Below are positions 19,013-29,548 of a stretch of 64,000 bases of DNA, piece after piece. The stretch comes from Nitrospirales bacterium (GTDB lineage Bacteria > Nitrospirota > Nitrospiria > Nitrospirales > UBA8639), in contig OY820905.2 of the NCBI GenBank assembly GCA_963555755.3, positions 2,976,001 through 3,040,000 on the forward strand, written 5' to 3'. Within the stretch, counting starts at the first letter, position 1. Every line of letters begins with the position of its first letter. A program made the translations under genes and the position numbers. The notes under the pieces were generated by a model. The model searched no databases and had not been told where the DNA came from. It saw only the letters and a list, made by a program, of their open reading frames with translations.

Positions 19013-20056
19013 ATGATACTAGACCTATCTCAGATTTGGGTCTTTGGCCTATTGGTGGTGCTGGTTGCGTTGATCGGCGCGGGTGCGGTGGCGTTGGGTC
19101 TCAGCCTGTTTGCACGCTTGGCGGAACGGTCCAAATACCAGCTGGATGACATCTTGATTAAGCATTTGCGCCAGCCTTTGCAGTTCCTGTTACCAGTCTT
19201 ACTGGTTTATCCTCTTCTCGGGTTGACCGAGCTGCCTTTCCACCAGGAAGAAACCATTACCGGGATACTGAAAGTTCTGACGGTGATGTTGATCGCCTGG
19301 TTAGCAATACGTTCTGTGTGGGTAGGTGAAGAAGGGTTGCTACGACATTTTGATACCAGTGGCCCAGATAATCTTACCGCACGCCGGGTGCATACCCAAA
19401 TCAAACTCATGCGACAGGTCGTACTCTTTATTATTGTCATTCTCACCATAGCTGTGACCCTCATGATGTTTGAACCCTTGCGAGTGATCGGTGTCAGCAT
19501 GCTGGCCTCGGCCGGGATTGCCGGATTGATTATCGGGTTGTCCGCACAGAAAGTCCTGGGCAACTTGTTGGCCGGCATACAGATTGCTATCACCCAGCCG
19601 ATTCGCCTTGACGATGTCGTCATTGTCGAGAATGAGTGGGGTTGGATTGAAGAAATCACACTCACGTATGTTTTGGTCAAGATCTGGGATTTGCGCCGCT
19701 TGGTAGTACCAATTAGTTATTTCATTGAAAAGCCGTTCCAGAACTGGACTCGGACTTCTGCTGATATTCTTGGAACGGTATTTATTTATGCCGACTATAC
19801 CATTCCAATTGATAAGCTGCGCGAAGAACTTACTCGGATTCTACAATCCACCGACCTTTGGGATGGCAAGGTCAATGGGCTTCAGGTAACCAATGCCAAG
19901 GAGAATACCTTGGAGCTTCGAGCGTTGATGAGTGCTGCAGATTCCCCCAAGGCTTGGGATTTGCGCTGCTTGGTGCGGGAGCGACTGATTTCCTTTGTGC
20001 AGGAGCACTACCCACAGTGCCTACCAAAATACCGCGCGGATTTGAAGCAGCAGTAA
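19013..20056 (+). CDS. mscS: Small-conductance mechanosensitive channel
   Basis: ASAGIAGLIIGLSAQ..LGNLLAG.QIAITQPIRLDDVV...G.IEEI. Confidence 0.92.
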   Translation: MILDLSQIWVFGLLVVLVALIGAGAVALGLSLFARLAERSKYQLDDILIKHLRQPLQFLLPVLLVYPLLGLTELPFHQEETITGILKVLTVMLIAWLAIRSVWVGEEGLLRHFDTSGPDNLTARRVHTQIKLMRQVVLFIIVILTIAVTLMMFEPLRVIGVSMLASAGIAGLIIGLSAQKVLGNLLAGIQIAITQPIRLDDVVIVENEWGWIEEITLTYVLVKIWDLRRLVVPISYFIEKPFQNWTRTSADILGTVFIYADYTIPIDKLREELTRILQSTDLWDGKVNGLQVTNAKENTLELRALMSAADSPKAWDLRCLVRERLISFVQEHYPQCLPKYRADLKQQ

Positions 20057-20179
20057 CTATCCGCTGTCATTCCAAAAAAGGGTAAAAATGGTCACAATTT
20101 GCCGCATTCAAAAATGAAGTGCACCACGTGCCTTCCGAGTGTTCAACCCTTAGGAAGGGGAATGGTTAGAGTCAGGATC

Positions 20180-22183
20180 TCAAAAGATCAAAGGAAGGGG
20201 TTGCACGAACCGCTCAGCGTAAAGGTGTTCGCGCACATTTGGGGGGAGCTGTTGAAGGGGAATACTTTTCACAATATGAAGAGATTTCTCTTCGGCTAAA
20301 TCACACGTCTTTGCCTCGGCTTGGGGAAAGTCGGGGTTATACAACATAATTGGAGGCTTTGTCCGCTTTTCAAAGTTCACGCCTGTTACCAGTCCCAAGG
20401 TTCCATTGGTGAGTTCCACAATACTCCCTGGTGGGTACACTCCCAACGCTTTGACCAGAGCAATAAAAACATCTCCCGATAGCCCCGACGCGGTTTCTTT
20501 CGGGACTGTAGAATGCAAGTTTGGCCCCGAAGTCGGCAGTCCGATGGGGATCAGTTCTCCATCCAATAACCAGGGGTCAGATCCACCATATTGTTTCGTA
20601 TGTAAGGCGACGATTTCTCGATGGAAAAGATGTGACAACGCCTGGGCGGGTGATAAATTATTGGAGGGATCTGGTTGATGACACAAATGGTCATATTCAT
20701 CCGCCACCATTACGATCTTCGTTAAGAAGGAAATCTCTTTCCCCTTCAGACCCTGGGGAATCCCGGTTCCGTTTAATCGCTCATGATGATGATAAATGAT
20801 GTCGAGACTTGCGGGTGGAATTGCCTTGAACTGTGCAACCTTTTTCTTGCCCCGTTGGCAATGCTGTAACCAATCGGGGTTCTTTGTTTTGGTTCCCGAG
20901 TGTCTGGCTTCAACAATAGGTCCGGGAGAAGAAAGTTTTCCGATATCATGCAACAGTGCGCCTAACCCCAACGCAGAGAATTCAGATTGGTCCAAGTCAA
21001 ATTCCCGACCAATCAACAGGGACAGCATGCATACATTAAAGGCGTGGGTGAAAAACGGATCCTCAGCATCCATTGAACCAAAGAGGTCAATGAGTGCACC
21101 CGCGGTTTCCTGGTTTCCCAAAGCCCTTTGCAAATCCTCAATGACTTGATGCCCGATTTTGAGGCCTATCCCCTGCCCCTCAAACATCCGTTTAAGAGCC
21201 ATTTTGGTTTGCCAACACGCGTGGTGGTACAAATGGGCAGCTCGTTCTAAATCCGATGCCTGAATTTGACAGATTTGGGGTTTGTCCCGCTGCGTGTGCT
21301 CTTGTTGTTGAGGCAAAAGATCATCAGAAGGGAAAAGGAGTTGTTCATGGCTGACTTCGTGTTCAACATCTATCTCACTCATTTGTTCGCCCTGAGGAGC
21401 TGGGTCCGAAGGATTCTGAGTGGCTTCGATCGATTCAGGAGGAGTACTGTGATCGGTCTCAGGAGAGGAGAAGGCCGCCACCGGTATGGGCAGATCACCA
21501 ACCTCTTTGGTTTCCAAATCCCTATTGTCATCCTTAGGCACAGTCACACCTGGGGACAAAGAAGCTCGAGCAACTTCGAGTGGATCGGGACAGTCACATT
21601 CCACACTTTCACTAGAAGGTACCGATTCTTCAGGAATGGTTGCATGTGGCCCTTCCACGGGTTCCAGGGCATTTTCTTGATTCTCCAAAATCAGGAAGGC
21701 CGGTTCCAAAGTTCGCAGATCCCCAGGGAGTGGTTCTAAAATAGACGCGCTTTCGGTTGTTGATGATGTTTGAGTGGCGAGGTGCGTTTCAGAATTCTGG
21801 CCTTCTTCCCGTTCGAGCGGGCTTGGCTGACTCTGGTCAACAAGGAAGTCGGAGACCAGAGATGGCTGACCGGCTGGGAATAGAGAAGGAGAAGGGGCGA
21901 ACTCGGAGGGGGGCAGGTTTGAATCGGCAACCGTTATCGGCTGATCACCACTGATTTCTTGTTCAAGGGTGGCAGGAAGACTTCCAACAATTGCCGGGTC
22001 AAGCCCCGACAAGGCCGGGTCAAAAAAGAGTCTGACATGAGGGATCTCCTTCAAAACGGCGAGTGTAATAGGAGAAGTAATTTTAAATTCTTTTTCTGAA
22101 AATGGATTATCTCGTTTCAAACATTCGAGTTTGACAAACAGCCCAACCCGCAGATCTTCAACCCTAATCGGAATAAAGGCCAC
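20180..22183 (-). CDS. DUF3391 / HD-GYP-like phosphodiesterase with long acidic linker
   Basis: VEDLRVGLFV N-terminus; LLHDIGK, HHERLNGTGIP, VADEYD, LGVYPPGS. Confidence 0.85.
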   Translation of the reverse strand: MAFIPIRVEDLRVGLFVKLECLKRDNPFSEKEFKITSPITLAVLKEIPHVRLFFDPALSGLDPAIVGSLPATLEQEISGDQPITVADSNLPPSEFAPSPSLFPAGQPSLVSDFLVDQSQPSPLEREEGQNSETHLATQTSSTTESASILEPLPGDLRTLEPAFLILENQENALEPVEGPHATIPEESVPSSESVECDCPDPLEVARASLSPGVTVPKDDNRDLETKEVGDLPIPVAAFSSPETDHSTPPESIEATQNPSDPAPQGEQMSEIDVEHEVSHEQLLFPSDDLLPQQQEHTQRDKPQICQIQASDLERAAHLYHHACWQTKMALKRMFEGQGIGLKIGHQVIEDLQRALGNQETAGALIDLFGSMDAEDPFFTHAFNVCMLSLLIGREFDLDQSEFSALGLGALLHDIGKLSSPGPIVEARHSGTKTKNPDWLQHCQRGKKKVAQFKAIPPASLDIIYHHHERLNGTGIPQGLKGKEISFLTKIVMVADEYDHLCHQPDPSNNLSPAQALSHLFHREIVALHTKQYGGSDPWLLDGELIPIGLPTSGPNLHSTVPKETASGLSGDVFIALVKALGVYPPGSIVELTNGTLGLVTGVNFEKRTKPPIMLYNPDFPQAEAKTCDLAEEKSLHIVKSIPLQQLPPNVREHLYAERFVQPLPLIF

Positions 22184-22587
22184 TGTGATGTGTTCCTAAT
22201 AGAGGTTTTGTCTTCCATGGCAGGAAGAGCGTATGGAGCTGGCTTGTCTCACTCACCACTCCACCCCATCGAAGCCTATAGATATGGACAATCCTCGATG
22301 AATGTAGTCCAAGATGATTTCTAAGGTTTTCTTATCGGATTTCCTTCATGAAATTCTAATAGCCCGAAACCAAGTTATGTAGGACAGTCAAAAGATGGTG
22401 TATCCTCCTTGGTGAAGGGCCATGGGGGCCAGGCCGGTGGCCGTCTTCTTTGGGCTACATTCATCGAGGATAGTCGTTGATGCTGAGGTGACCTTGGCGT
22501 GCTCCCCAGATTTGGGCCACCGAATATGTTAGGTTTTCCTCAACCTGAGGAGGACCTATATGAAGAAAAAACGGTTTTCGGAAAAAC

Positions 22588-22640
22588 AAGGGCCGGGTGG
22601 CTGCGCGTGATTGCTCACCCGTAGCCCCCCGGCCCTTTTC
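22588..22640. terminator. Long GC-rich hairpin, probable bidirectional terminator
   Basis: AAGGGCCGGG...GTGA-TTGC-TCAC...CCCGGCCCTT flanked by A and T runs. Confidence 0.6.
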
Positions 22641-22752
22641 AATCGTATTCCGGAACTGGCTCAAACGGTCTAACTTAATTGCCGGATATTGGGATCGACC
22701 ACGAAGTCACCCACCAAGTGATAGCGCGGATCAAGGAAAGATGTACTGTAGT

Positions 22753-23706
22753 TTACACAGCTTCTTTTTTTTGGTGGTGGGCGTACAGATATTGTGAAGG
22801 AACCGGTCTAAGATCCCATATCAGCCCCAACCAAGAGAGAACCACGAGCCCATAATACGTGATATCGATTTCCCACCAGAAAAAACCTTGGCGGGCGGAT
22901 GAGGCATAATGGTGATGATTGTTATGCCATCCCTCTCCCAAGGTGATGATGGCCAAGTATGGGTTATTTCGACTTTCATCGGAGGTATCATAGCGTTTCT
23001 TCCCCAGCAAATGGGACAGAGAATTAATCGTACTGGTCCCATGCAAAAGAACCACCGTTGAAATAAAAAATCCCCAAATCAACATTTGCATTCCGTTGGT
23101 GCCAAGACCAGGGGCATAGGCGTGTAATAATTCCCCAAAGCCAAATACCGACACGGCAAATAAAAGGGGAACCATGGTGTCAAAGCGGTTCAGGAACTGC
23201 AGCTCTGGAAATTTTGAAAAATCCCCAACCAGATCATGCTTGGTGGCAAAATTTTGCTTGGAGGTGAGCCAACCAATCTGGCTCCACCAAAATCCAGTAT
23301 GATGCGGGGAATGAAGATCCTGTTTTTTATCAGAGTACCGGTGATGCGTGCGATGATGCGCGGCCCACCATAATGGTCCCCGTTGGACAGCAGTTGCCCC
23401 GGCCAGAGCAAAAATAAATTGGCATGTTCGAGTTGTTCGAAAAGCTCTATGAGAAAAATAGCGATGATAAAATCCCGTGATTGCAAACATTCGAAGTATA
23501 TACAAGGCAACAGCGACTGCAACTGCGGTACTACTCCAGCCTACCCATAAGACCCCCAAGCACATAAAATGCATGAAGAAAAAGGGCGATGATTGGACCC
23601 AATCTATCCGATGAGGATCTTTTGAAGGGTCAATGGACTCTGTCGCATGGCAATCAAACCAACGGATAATAGATTTAATAATACTCGGCTGAGTCAGCAA
23701 AGACAT
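22753..23706 (-). CDS. Acyl-CoA/acyl-lipid delta-9 desaturase
   Basis: YHRYFSH, WWAAHHRTHH, GEGWHNNHH. Confidence 0.93.
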   Translation of the reverse strand: MSLLTQPSIIKSIIRWFDCHATESIDPSKDPHRIDWVQSSPFFFMHFMCLGVLWVGWSSTAVAVAVALYILRMFAITGFYHRYFSHRAFRTTRTCQFIFALAGATAVQRGPLWWAAHHRTHHRYSDKKQDLHSPHHTGFWWSQIGWLTSKQNFATKHDLVGDFSKFPELQFLNRFDTMVPLLFAVSVFGFGELLHAYAPGLGTNGMQMLIWGFFISTVVLLHGTSTINSLSHLLGKKRYDTSDESRNNPYLAIITLGEGWHNNHHHYASSARQGFFWWEIDITYYGLVVLSWLGLIWDLRPVPSQYLYAHHQKKEAV

Positions 23707-23882
23707 TCTTCAACTCCTGCTGGTGTGCTTCAATAAATGTCGGAAATAGGGGCTGGATCTTGATTGTTGCACAATAATAAGCCTGAAAAAAGACTTAGAT
23801 GTGAGCCAAGTCTTTTTTTAAGAGTTTTTCTGTATTTGTAAGGTATCTAACAGACAGCTATTAATGGCCTATGTTAGAAATT

Positions 23883-23964
23883 GGACCCGGTTCCCCCAGA
23901 AGCCACCCTGGGGGCAACCTCCTTAGGTGAGGAGTCTCATTCCGCAAGGGATGGGCCCCTTTTT
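23883..23964 (+). ncRNA. Candidate ~80-nt three-hairpin small RNA
   Basis: CCCCCAG/CTGGGGG, CTCCT/AGGAG, then a GCAA-loop stem with T5; lies in a divergent intergenic gap. Confidence 0.35.
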
Positions 23965-24203
23965 GTATTCGATCACGGCCCAAATACTGCTCACGGGGGG
24001 GCATATTACTATTCTAAGAATCAATTTGACAAGGACTGATTCAGGAAATGTTTGGGCTCCTATGAACTTTCGTTAGCTGCAATATTGTGGGACCGGTAAA
24101 TTTGGGGTATAACCCCCCTCGCGACGATCACTAATCTCGGACAGGCTCCTGGTAGTCCTCATGGTATCGTACATGTGAAAATTCTCTTAAACTGGAGATT
24201 CGT

Positions 24204-24989
24204 ATGCGAGTCGCCCTCCTGTGTATTTTCAGTCTACTCCTATGGTCTCCGACCGGGTTGGCCAAGGTCCAAACCAAAGTCATTCCCTATCAAGATGGCG
24301 ATGTGCAATTGGAAGGGGTCTTAGCGTGGGATGATGCGAGCACCGGCACACGGCCTGGCGTGTTAGTGGTGCATGAGTGGTGGGGGTTAAATGAGTACGC
24401 GCGGGATCGTGCTCGGCAACTTGCGAAACTCGGCTATGTTGCGTTTGCGGTGGATATGTACGGCAAAGATAACGTCACCACGCACCCGGATCAGGCAGGC
24501 AAATGGATGAAACAGGTGCAAGCCAGCGTTAGCCATTGGCAAGCCCGCGCCATTAAAGGGCTGGCGGTCCTCCGAAGCCAGGATCATGTCGATAGGCATA
24601 ACATCGCCGCCATTGGATATTGTTTTGGAGGCGCGACAGTGATCCAATTAGCCTATAGTGGTGCTGAGGTAAAGGGCGTCGTCAGTTTCCATGGGGCGTT
24701 GCCTTTGCCCACCGCCCAACAAGCGAACAAGGTCAAAGCCAAGATGCTGATTGCCCATGGCAATGCCGACGCGTTTTTGAAAGAAGAGCATATTCAGAAA
24801 TTCAGAAATGCGCTGGACAAATCGAGCATTGATTGGCACATGGTGTTGTACGCCGGTGCACGGCACAGTTTCACTAACCCAGGCGCGGATGCGCATGGCA
24901 TGGATGCTTTGAAATACGACCAACAGGCGGATGAACGGTCGTGGGCTCACATGCAATTGTTTTTTGATGAAATCTTTGGAAACCCGTAA
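24204..24989 (+). CDS. Dienelactone hydrolase family protein, secreted
   Basis: Signal peptide; HEWWG, GYCFGG, HSFTNP. Confidence 0.92.
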   Translation: MRVALLCIFSLLLWSPTGLAKVQTKVIPYQDGDVQLEGVLAWDDASTGTRPGVLVVHEWWGLNEYARDRARQLAKLGYVAFAVDMYGKDNVTTHPDQAGKWMKQVQASVSHWQARAIKGLAVLRSQDHVDRHNIAAIGYCFGGATVIQLAYSGAEVKGVVSFHGALPLPTAQQANKVKAKMLIAHGNADAFLKEEHIQKFRNALDKSSIDWHMVLYAGARHSFTNPGADAHGMDALKYDQQADERSWAHMQLFFDEIFGNP

Positions 24990-25072
24990 GTGCCCATAAG
25001 TGGATGTTTTCGCACGCCTGACCAACGATCGTTCCTGGAATACTATTTTCGCCAACCCTGACCTCCTTCCCT

Positions 25073-26326
25073 ATGGAATTATTTGACATCCTTGCCATCC
25101 TGTTGAGCCTGACGGCGGGCTTTGCGTATCTCAACCATCGGTTTATCGGGTTGCCCGTCACGATTGGGGTCATGGTGATTGCGCTCCTGGCCTCTTTACT
25201 GCTTCAGATGATTGATCTGCTCGGGTTTCATTTGGGGGAATACGCGGCACACTGGCTTGGCACGATTGATTTCAATAAGACCCTGCTTCATGGCATGCTG
25301 AGCTACCTACTGTTTGCGGGGGCTCTTCACGTCAACCTCGGTGATTTGCAGGATCAAAAATGGGCCATAGGCTTGTTAGCGACTGTTGGGACCGTCATCT
25401 CAACCTTTTTAGTCGGGACCATAACTTGGTGGGTGCTCTCCCTCTTGGATGTTCCTCTTTCCTTCATCATGTGCCTGGTGTTTGGGGCACTCATTTCGCC
25501 GACCGACCCCATTGCGGTGTTGGGAATTTTGAAAAATGCTGGAGCTCCCAAACGTTTGGAAGTCAAAATCACCGGAGAATCGTTGTTTAATGATGGAGTG
25601 GGTGTGGTGATTTTTTTGCTTATAGTCGAAGTCGCCACTGAGACACATGAACCCACCATGGGTCATATTGTTGGACTGTTTGCCCAAGAAGCCATCGGTG
25701 GAGGGATATTTGGGTTAGCGTTGGGGGCTCTGGCCTACTGGCTTCTGAAAAGTATCGACCAGTACCAAGTGGAAGTCATTATCACGTTGGCTCTGGTGAC
25801 AGGCGGCTATGCCTTGGCCAATGCCCTTCATTTGTCCGGGCCGATTGCCATCGTGGTGGCGGGCCTATTAATTGGGAATCAAGGACGTCAATTCGCCATG
25901 TCTGAACAAACACGGGAACACCTGGATGGGTTTTGGGAATTACTGGATGAAATCCTGAACTCGGTGTTATTTGTGCTCATTGGCTTGGAAGTCTTAGTCC
26001 TCACCTTTACCCAGGAATATCTGTTCGCGAGTCTGGCATTAATCCCGCTGATTTTATTGTGCCGGTTCGTGGCAATTGGGGTGCCCATGACCGTCCTTCG
26101 GCTGGTGCGAACCTTTACCCCAGGGGCCATCTGGATAATGACCTGGGGAGGCCTGCGTGGAGGCATCAGCGTGGCGTTAGCCTTATCGTTACCCGCTAGC
26201 CCGGAGCGGGACCTGATCTTGGCTATCACCTATGTGGTGGTGGTGTTCTCGATCGTTGTGCAGGGGTTAACCATGGACAAGTTGGTGAAACGCCTTGTCC
26301 CTGCTGAAGGGGATGCGGCAACCTGA
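25073..26326 (+). CDS. nhaP: CPA1 Na+/H+ antiporter
   Basis: ISPTDPIAV, GESLFNDG, WGGLRGGIS. Confidence 0.93.
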   Translation: MELFDILAILLSLTAGFAYLNHRFIGLPVTIGVMVIALLASLLLQMIDLLGFHLGEYAAHWLGTIDFNKTLLHGMLSYLLFAGALHVNLGDLQDQKWAIGLLATVGTVISTFLVGTITWWVLSLLDVPLSFIMCLVFGALISPTDPIAVLGILKNAGAPKRLEVKITGESLFNDGVGVVIFLLIVEVATETHEPTMGHIVGLFAQEAIGGGIFGLALGALAYWLLKSIDQYQVEVIITLALVTGGYALANALHLSGPIAIVVAGLLIGNQGRQFAMSEQTREHLDGFWELLDEILNSVLFVLIGLEVLVLTFTQEYLFASLALIPLILLCRFVAIGVPMTVLRLVRTFTPGAIWIMTWGGLRGGISVALALSLPASPERDLILAITYVVVVFSIVVQGLTMDKLVKRLVPAEGDAAT

Positions 26327-26354
26327 CGGAAGATTTGCCATGTCATCGCCGTTT

Positions 26355-26591
26355 TTACGGTGAATCGATCTCTGTGCGTTGGAGCAGGGAATCCAGCACG
26401 GCTTCTTGGACGGTGGTACAGGGATCAAGCAACGCCTGTGTCAACGCCTCCATAGATCGTCGTTCCTGTTTCTTCCAGAGTCGATCCCGTTCATTGGCAG
26501 TGGGGTATCCCCTTCGGTTGCCGGGTTCCTGCTGACTCGTTAATCCAGTCACCATGGTAAGGGCCAGTTGTGCTCGTGGGTCGAGTGTCAT
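26355..26591 (-). CDS. Small hypothetical protein with HEAT-like segment
   Basis: EALTQALLDPCTTVQEAV; GAAGG RBS. Confidence 0.35.
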   Translation of the reverse strand: MTLDPRAQLALTMVTGLTSQQEPGNRRGYPTANERDRLWKKQERRSMEALTQALLDPCTTVQEAVLDSLLQRTEIDSP

Positions 26592-26777
26592 AATACCTTC
26601 CTGTACATAGGGCGTTGGTGGGTGGAAAGGTCTCTCACGCTATAGCTACGCAAGGATCGTACCAAAAATTTTGGTCGGGACTGAAAAGAAGGTTCAACGA
26701 AAAACGTGGATGTTTAGCGTGCTTCGTTCTGTTCAATAATTCATCGGACATCCGATCGGTAAACAAGAGTCACAATT

Positions 26778-27953
26778 TTGGCGACAGGAGTCATAGAAAC
26801 CAACACCATTAATTTATTCATCGCCATACTGGCCGCAGGTTTTTGGGTGCCGGTGGGAATACTATTGGTGCTCAAAAGACATGCGCTGAGAGTCTTGAAA
26901 ACCGTACCGGTCGAGGAGAATCAACCAATGCCGAGCATTTCAATTGTGATTCCCGCACGAAATGAAGAGCGCAATTTGGAGCACGCCCTGCAGTCGGTCT
27001 TGGGGTTGGACTACCCTGATTTGGAGATTATGGTGGTGAACGATCGGTCAACCGATGGGACCGGAGACATCCTTGAAAAACTGGCGAAGGATGATCTGCG
27101 GCTCACGCTATTACATATCGAATCGTTACCAGAAGGCTGGTTGGGAAAAACGCATGCCCTACACAAGGGCGCTCAACAAGCTCAAGGAGAATTCATCCTG
27201 TTTACGGATGCGGATATCGTGTTTCATCCGTTCGTGCTCAGAAAAGCCTTGAGCCATGTTCAGGCCAACGGATTAGATCATTTGACTATCGTACCCGAAG
27301 ACACCATGCCCGGGGTTTTTCTCAGAGTCCTCTCCGCCACGTTTGGAATATTTATGTTCATCATATTTCAACCATGGAAAGCGCGAAATCCCAGGAGCCG
27401 ACGATACATGGGCATCGGAGCGTTTAATTTAATCCGAACATCTGTGTATAAGACGATCGGAGGCCACGAGGCCATCGCTCTCAGGCCGGATGACGATCTT
27501 AAGTTTGGAAAACTGGTAAAGCGCAACGGCTACCGCCAAGAAGTGGTGAATGGCAAAGGAATGGTCGCGGTAGAGTGGTATCGATCAGTACCAGAGTTGA
27601 TTCACGGCCTCATGAAAAATATGTTTGCCGGAATGGAATACCGCCTGTCGGTCGTCATCCTGGCCACCATTGGATCGCTACTCTTTCACCTCTGGCCATG
27701 GATCGGGATGTGGTTCACCACGGGATGGGCCCAAACGTTGTTTGCCCTCACCGTATTCATGATGGTCGGAAGCTTCGGATTCGCCCTAGCCCCGTTTGGC
27801 GTAAAGCCCTGGCACGGCCTGTTCCTTCCTCTTACGATCAGCCTGTTGGTCTACATCCAATGGCGCGCGACGATTCTGACCTTGTGGCAAGGCGGTATCA
27901 CCTGGCGAGGTACGTTTTATCCTCTACGGCAGCTACGGGCCAACAAGGTGTAA
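26778..27953 (+). CDS. GT2 membrane glycosyltransferase (HpnB/HpnI-like)
   Basis: IPARNEE, NDRSTD, GWLGK, FTDAD, C-terminal TMs, ITWRG. Confidence 0.9.
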   Translation: MATGVIETNTINLFIAILAAGFWVPVGILLVLKRHALRVLKTVPVEENQPMPSISIVIPARNEERNLEHALQSVLGLDYPDLEIMVVNDRSTDGTGDILEKLAKDDLRLTLLHIESLPEGWLGKTHALHKGAQQAQGEFILFTDADIVFHPFVLRKALSHVQANGLDHLTIVPEDTMPGVFLRVLSATFGIFMFIIFQPWKARNPRSRRYMGIGAFNLIRTSVYKTIGGHEAIALRPDDDLKFGKLVKRNGYRQEVVNGKGMVAVEWYRSVPELIHGLMKNMFAGMEYRLSVVILATIGSLLFHLWPWIGMWFTTGWAQTLFALTVFMMVGSFGFALAPFGVKPWHGLFLPLTISLLVYIQWRATILTLWQGGITWRGTFYPLRQLRANKV

Positions 27954-28004
27954 AACAAAGGAAATACCCAAGCATGAGGTAGTTCCAGGGTGTACAATGA
28001 AAAA

Positions 28005-28388
28005 ATGACTAAAATATTGACTTATTCTTGGTTAAAAAAAGGGATTGTGGTGGGAGTGGTTTTTTCCGCCTCAATCGTCTTGGGAATGCCTTCTTCGTTG
28101 CGAATTCAAATTGAGGCATGGTCTCCCTATTACTCCCCGGCTTTAGCGTCGGTGGTCTCAGGCACATTAGTTCGGTGGGAGAATCCCACCGCGACCCACC
28201 ACACGGTGACCCACGACGGTTGTAATCAAGGAGGTTCATGTCTCTTTGATTCTGGTGCGATTTCACCTTATGGCATGTTTGAATTGCCAGAATTGCCTCC
28301 TGGGTACTATCCCTACCACTGTACACTTCATCCCATCATGCGCGGGGTCTTGGTCGTGACCGACGTGCGTGACTCAGCGGAGATTTAA
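28005..28388 (+). CDS. Cupredoxin (plastocyanin-like) protein
   Basis: HTVT...YHCTLHPIMRG type-1 Cu ligands. Confidence 0.88.
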   Translation: MTKILTYSWLKKGIVVGVVFSASIVLGMPSSLRIQIEAWSPYYSPALASVVSGTLVRWENPTATHHTVTHDGCNQGGSCLFDSGAISPYGMFELPELPPGYYPYHCTLHPIMRGVLVVTDVRDSAEI

Positions 28389-28500
28389 ATTTCCCTCCTT
28401 TCCCTTTTAGGGACCATCAACTTGACAAGAATAAAAAGGAATTTTATGTATTTCTATATATGGTCTTACCACGGACTCTTAAAATCTTCGGTTTGTGTTT

Positions 28501-29457
28501 ATGAAATTGATGGTTGACATACAACAGCTTCGGAAAACCTTTGGGCCGATTGTAGCCGTGGATCAGGTGTCGTTTACCGTTACCCAGGGAGAGGTGCTAG
28601 GATTTTTAGGACCAAATGGCGCTGGGAAATCCACGACCATGAAAATGATCACCGGGTTCCTGACCCCAACCAGCGGAACCGTCAAGGTCAACGGATTTGA
28701 CATTCAAGCCCAACCCCTCGATGCCAAACGAACGATGGGCTATCTTCCCGAAGGTGGTCCTGCCTATGGGGATATGACGCCTCTGAGTTTTCTGTCGTTC
28801 ATCGGTGAAATGCGAGGGTTTCGAGGTGCGGACTTACAGCGTCGTGTGGGAGAGACTATCAAAAAGGTAAATCTTGAGAGTGTGATTCAACAGCCCATTG
28901 AAACCTTATCCAAGGGATTCAAGCGACGGGTGGGATTGGCCCAGGCCATTGTGCATGACCCCTCCGTGTTGATCCTGGATGAGCCAACCGACGGTCTCGA
29001 TCCCAATCAGAAACATGAGGTTCGCGCGCTCATTAAAGAGATGGCCAGGGAAAAGGCCATTATTCTTTCGACGCATATTTTAGAAGAAGTACAGGCGGTG
29101 TGTACTCGCGCTATAATTATTGCCAAAGGCAAAGTGATTACCGATGGCACACCAGCGGAATTGGAGGCCCGGTCTCGCTATCACAATGCGGTGGTCCTGC
29201 GGTTGCGAGGACCAATCTCGGATGGAGTGTTAGCTATTCTGGAAAGCCTGCCAGGCGTGAAAGCCATCGAGGAACTTTACGATGACATGGCCGAAAACGG
29301 GTATCGGGTCATCCCGGAAAACGGGCAACCAATTCTCAGTGCGGTCAGTCAATGTGTGCAAAAACAAAACTGGGATGTGGCTGAGTTATCCGTTGACCGA
29401 GGGCAATTGGATGAGGTGTTTCGGTCATTGACAATGCCAACGCAGGCGTTAACGTAA
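28501..29457 (+). CDS. ABC-2 transporter ATP-binding protein (GldA-like)
   Basis: GPNGAGKST, LSKG, LDEPT, STH. Confidence 0.93.
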   Translation: MKLMVDIQQLRKTFGPIVAVDQVSFTVTQGEVLGFLGPNGAGKSTTMKMITGFLTPTSGTVKVNGFDIQAQPLDAKRTMGYLPEGGPAYGDMTPLSFLSFIGEMRGFRGADLQRRVGETIKKVNLESVIQQPIETLSKGFKRRVGLAQAIVHDPSVLILDEPTDGLDPNQKHEVRALIKEMAREKAIILSTHILEEVQAVCTRAIIIAKGKVITDGTPAELEARSRYHNAVVLRLRGPISDGVLAILESLPGVKAIEELYDDMAENGYRVIPENGQPILSAVSQCVQKQNWDVAELSVDRGQLDEVFRSLTMPTQALT

Positions 29458-29462
29458 AAAGA

Positions 29463-29540
29463 CGTGAAGCGTGAAGCGTGATACGTGAAGCGGAAAAATA
29501 TACTTCCGCCTCCCCACACATTACGCATTACACCTCACAG
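29463..29540. repeat. Heptamer tandem repeats (CGTGAAG)n with a degenerate complementary arm
   Basis: cgtgaag cgtgaag cgtgata cgtgaag ... cattacg cattaca cctcaca. Confidence 0.65.
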
Positions 29541-29548
29541 AGGAAAAC

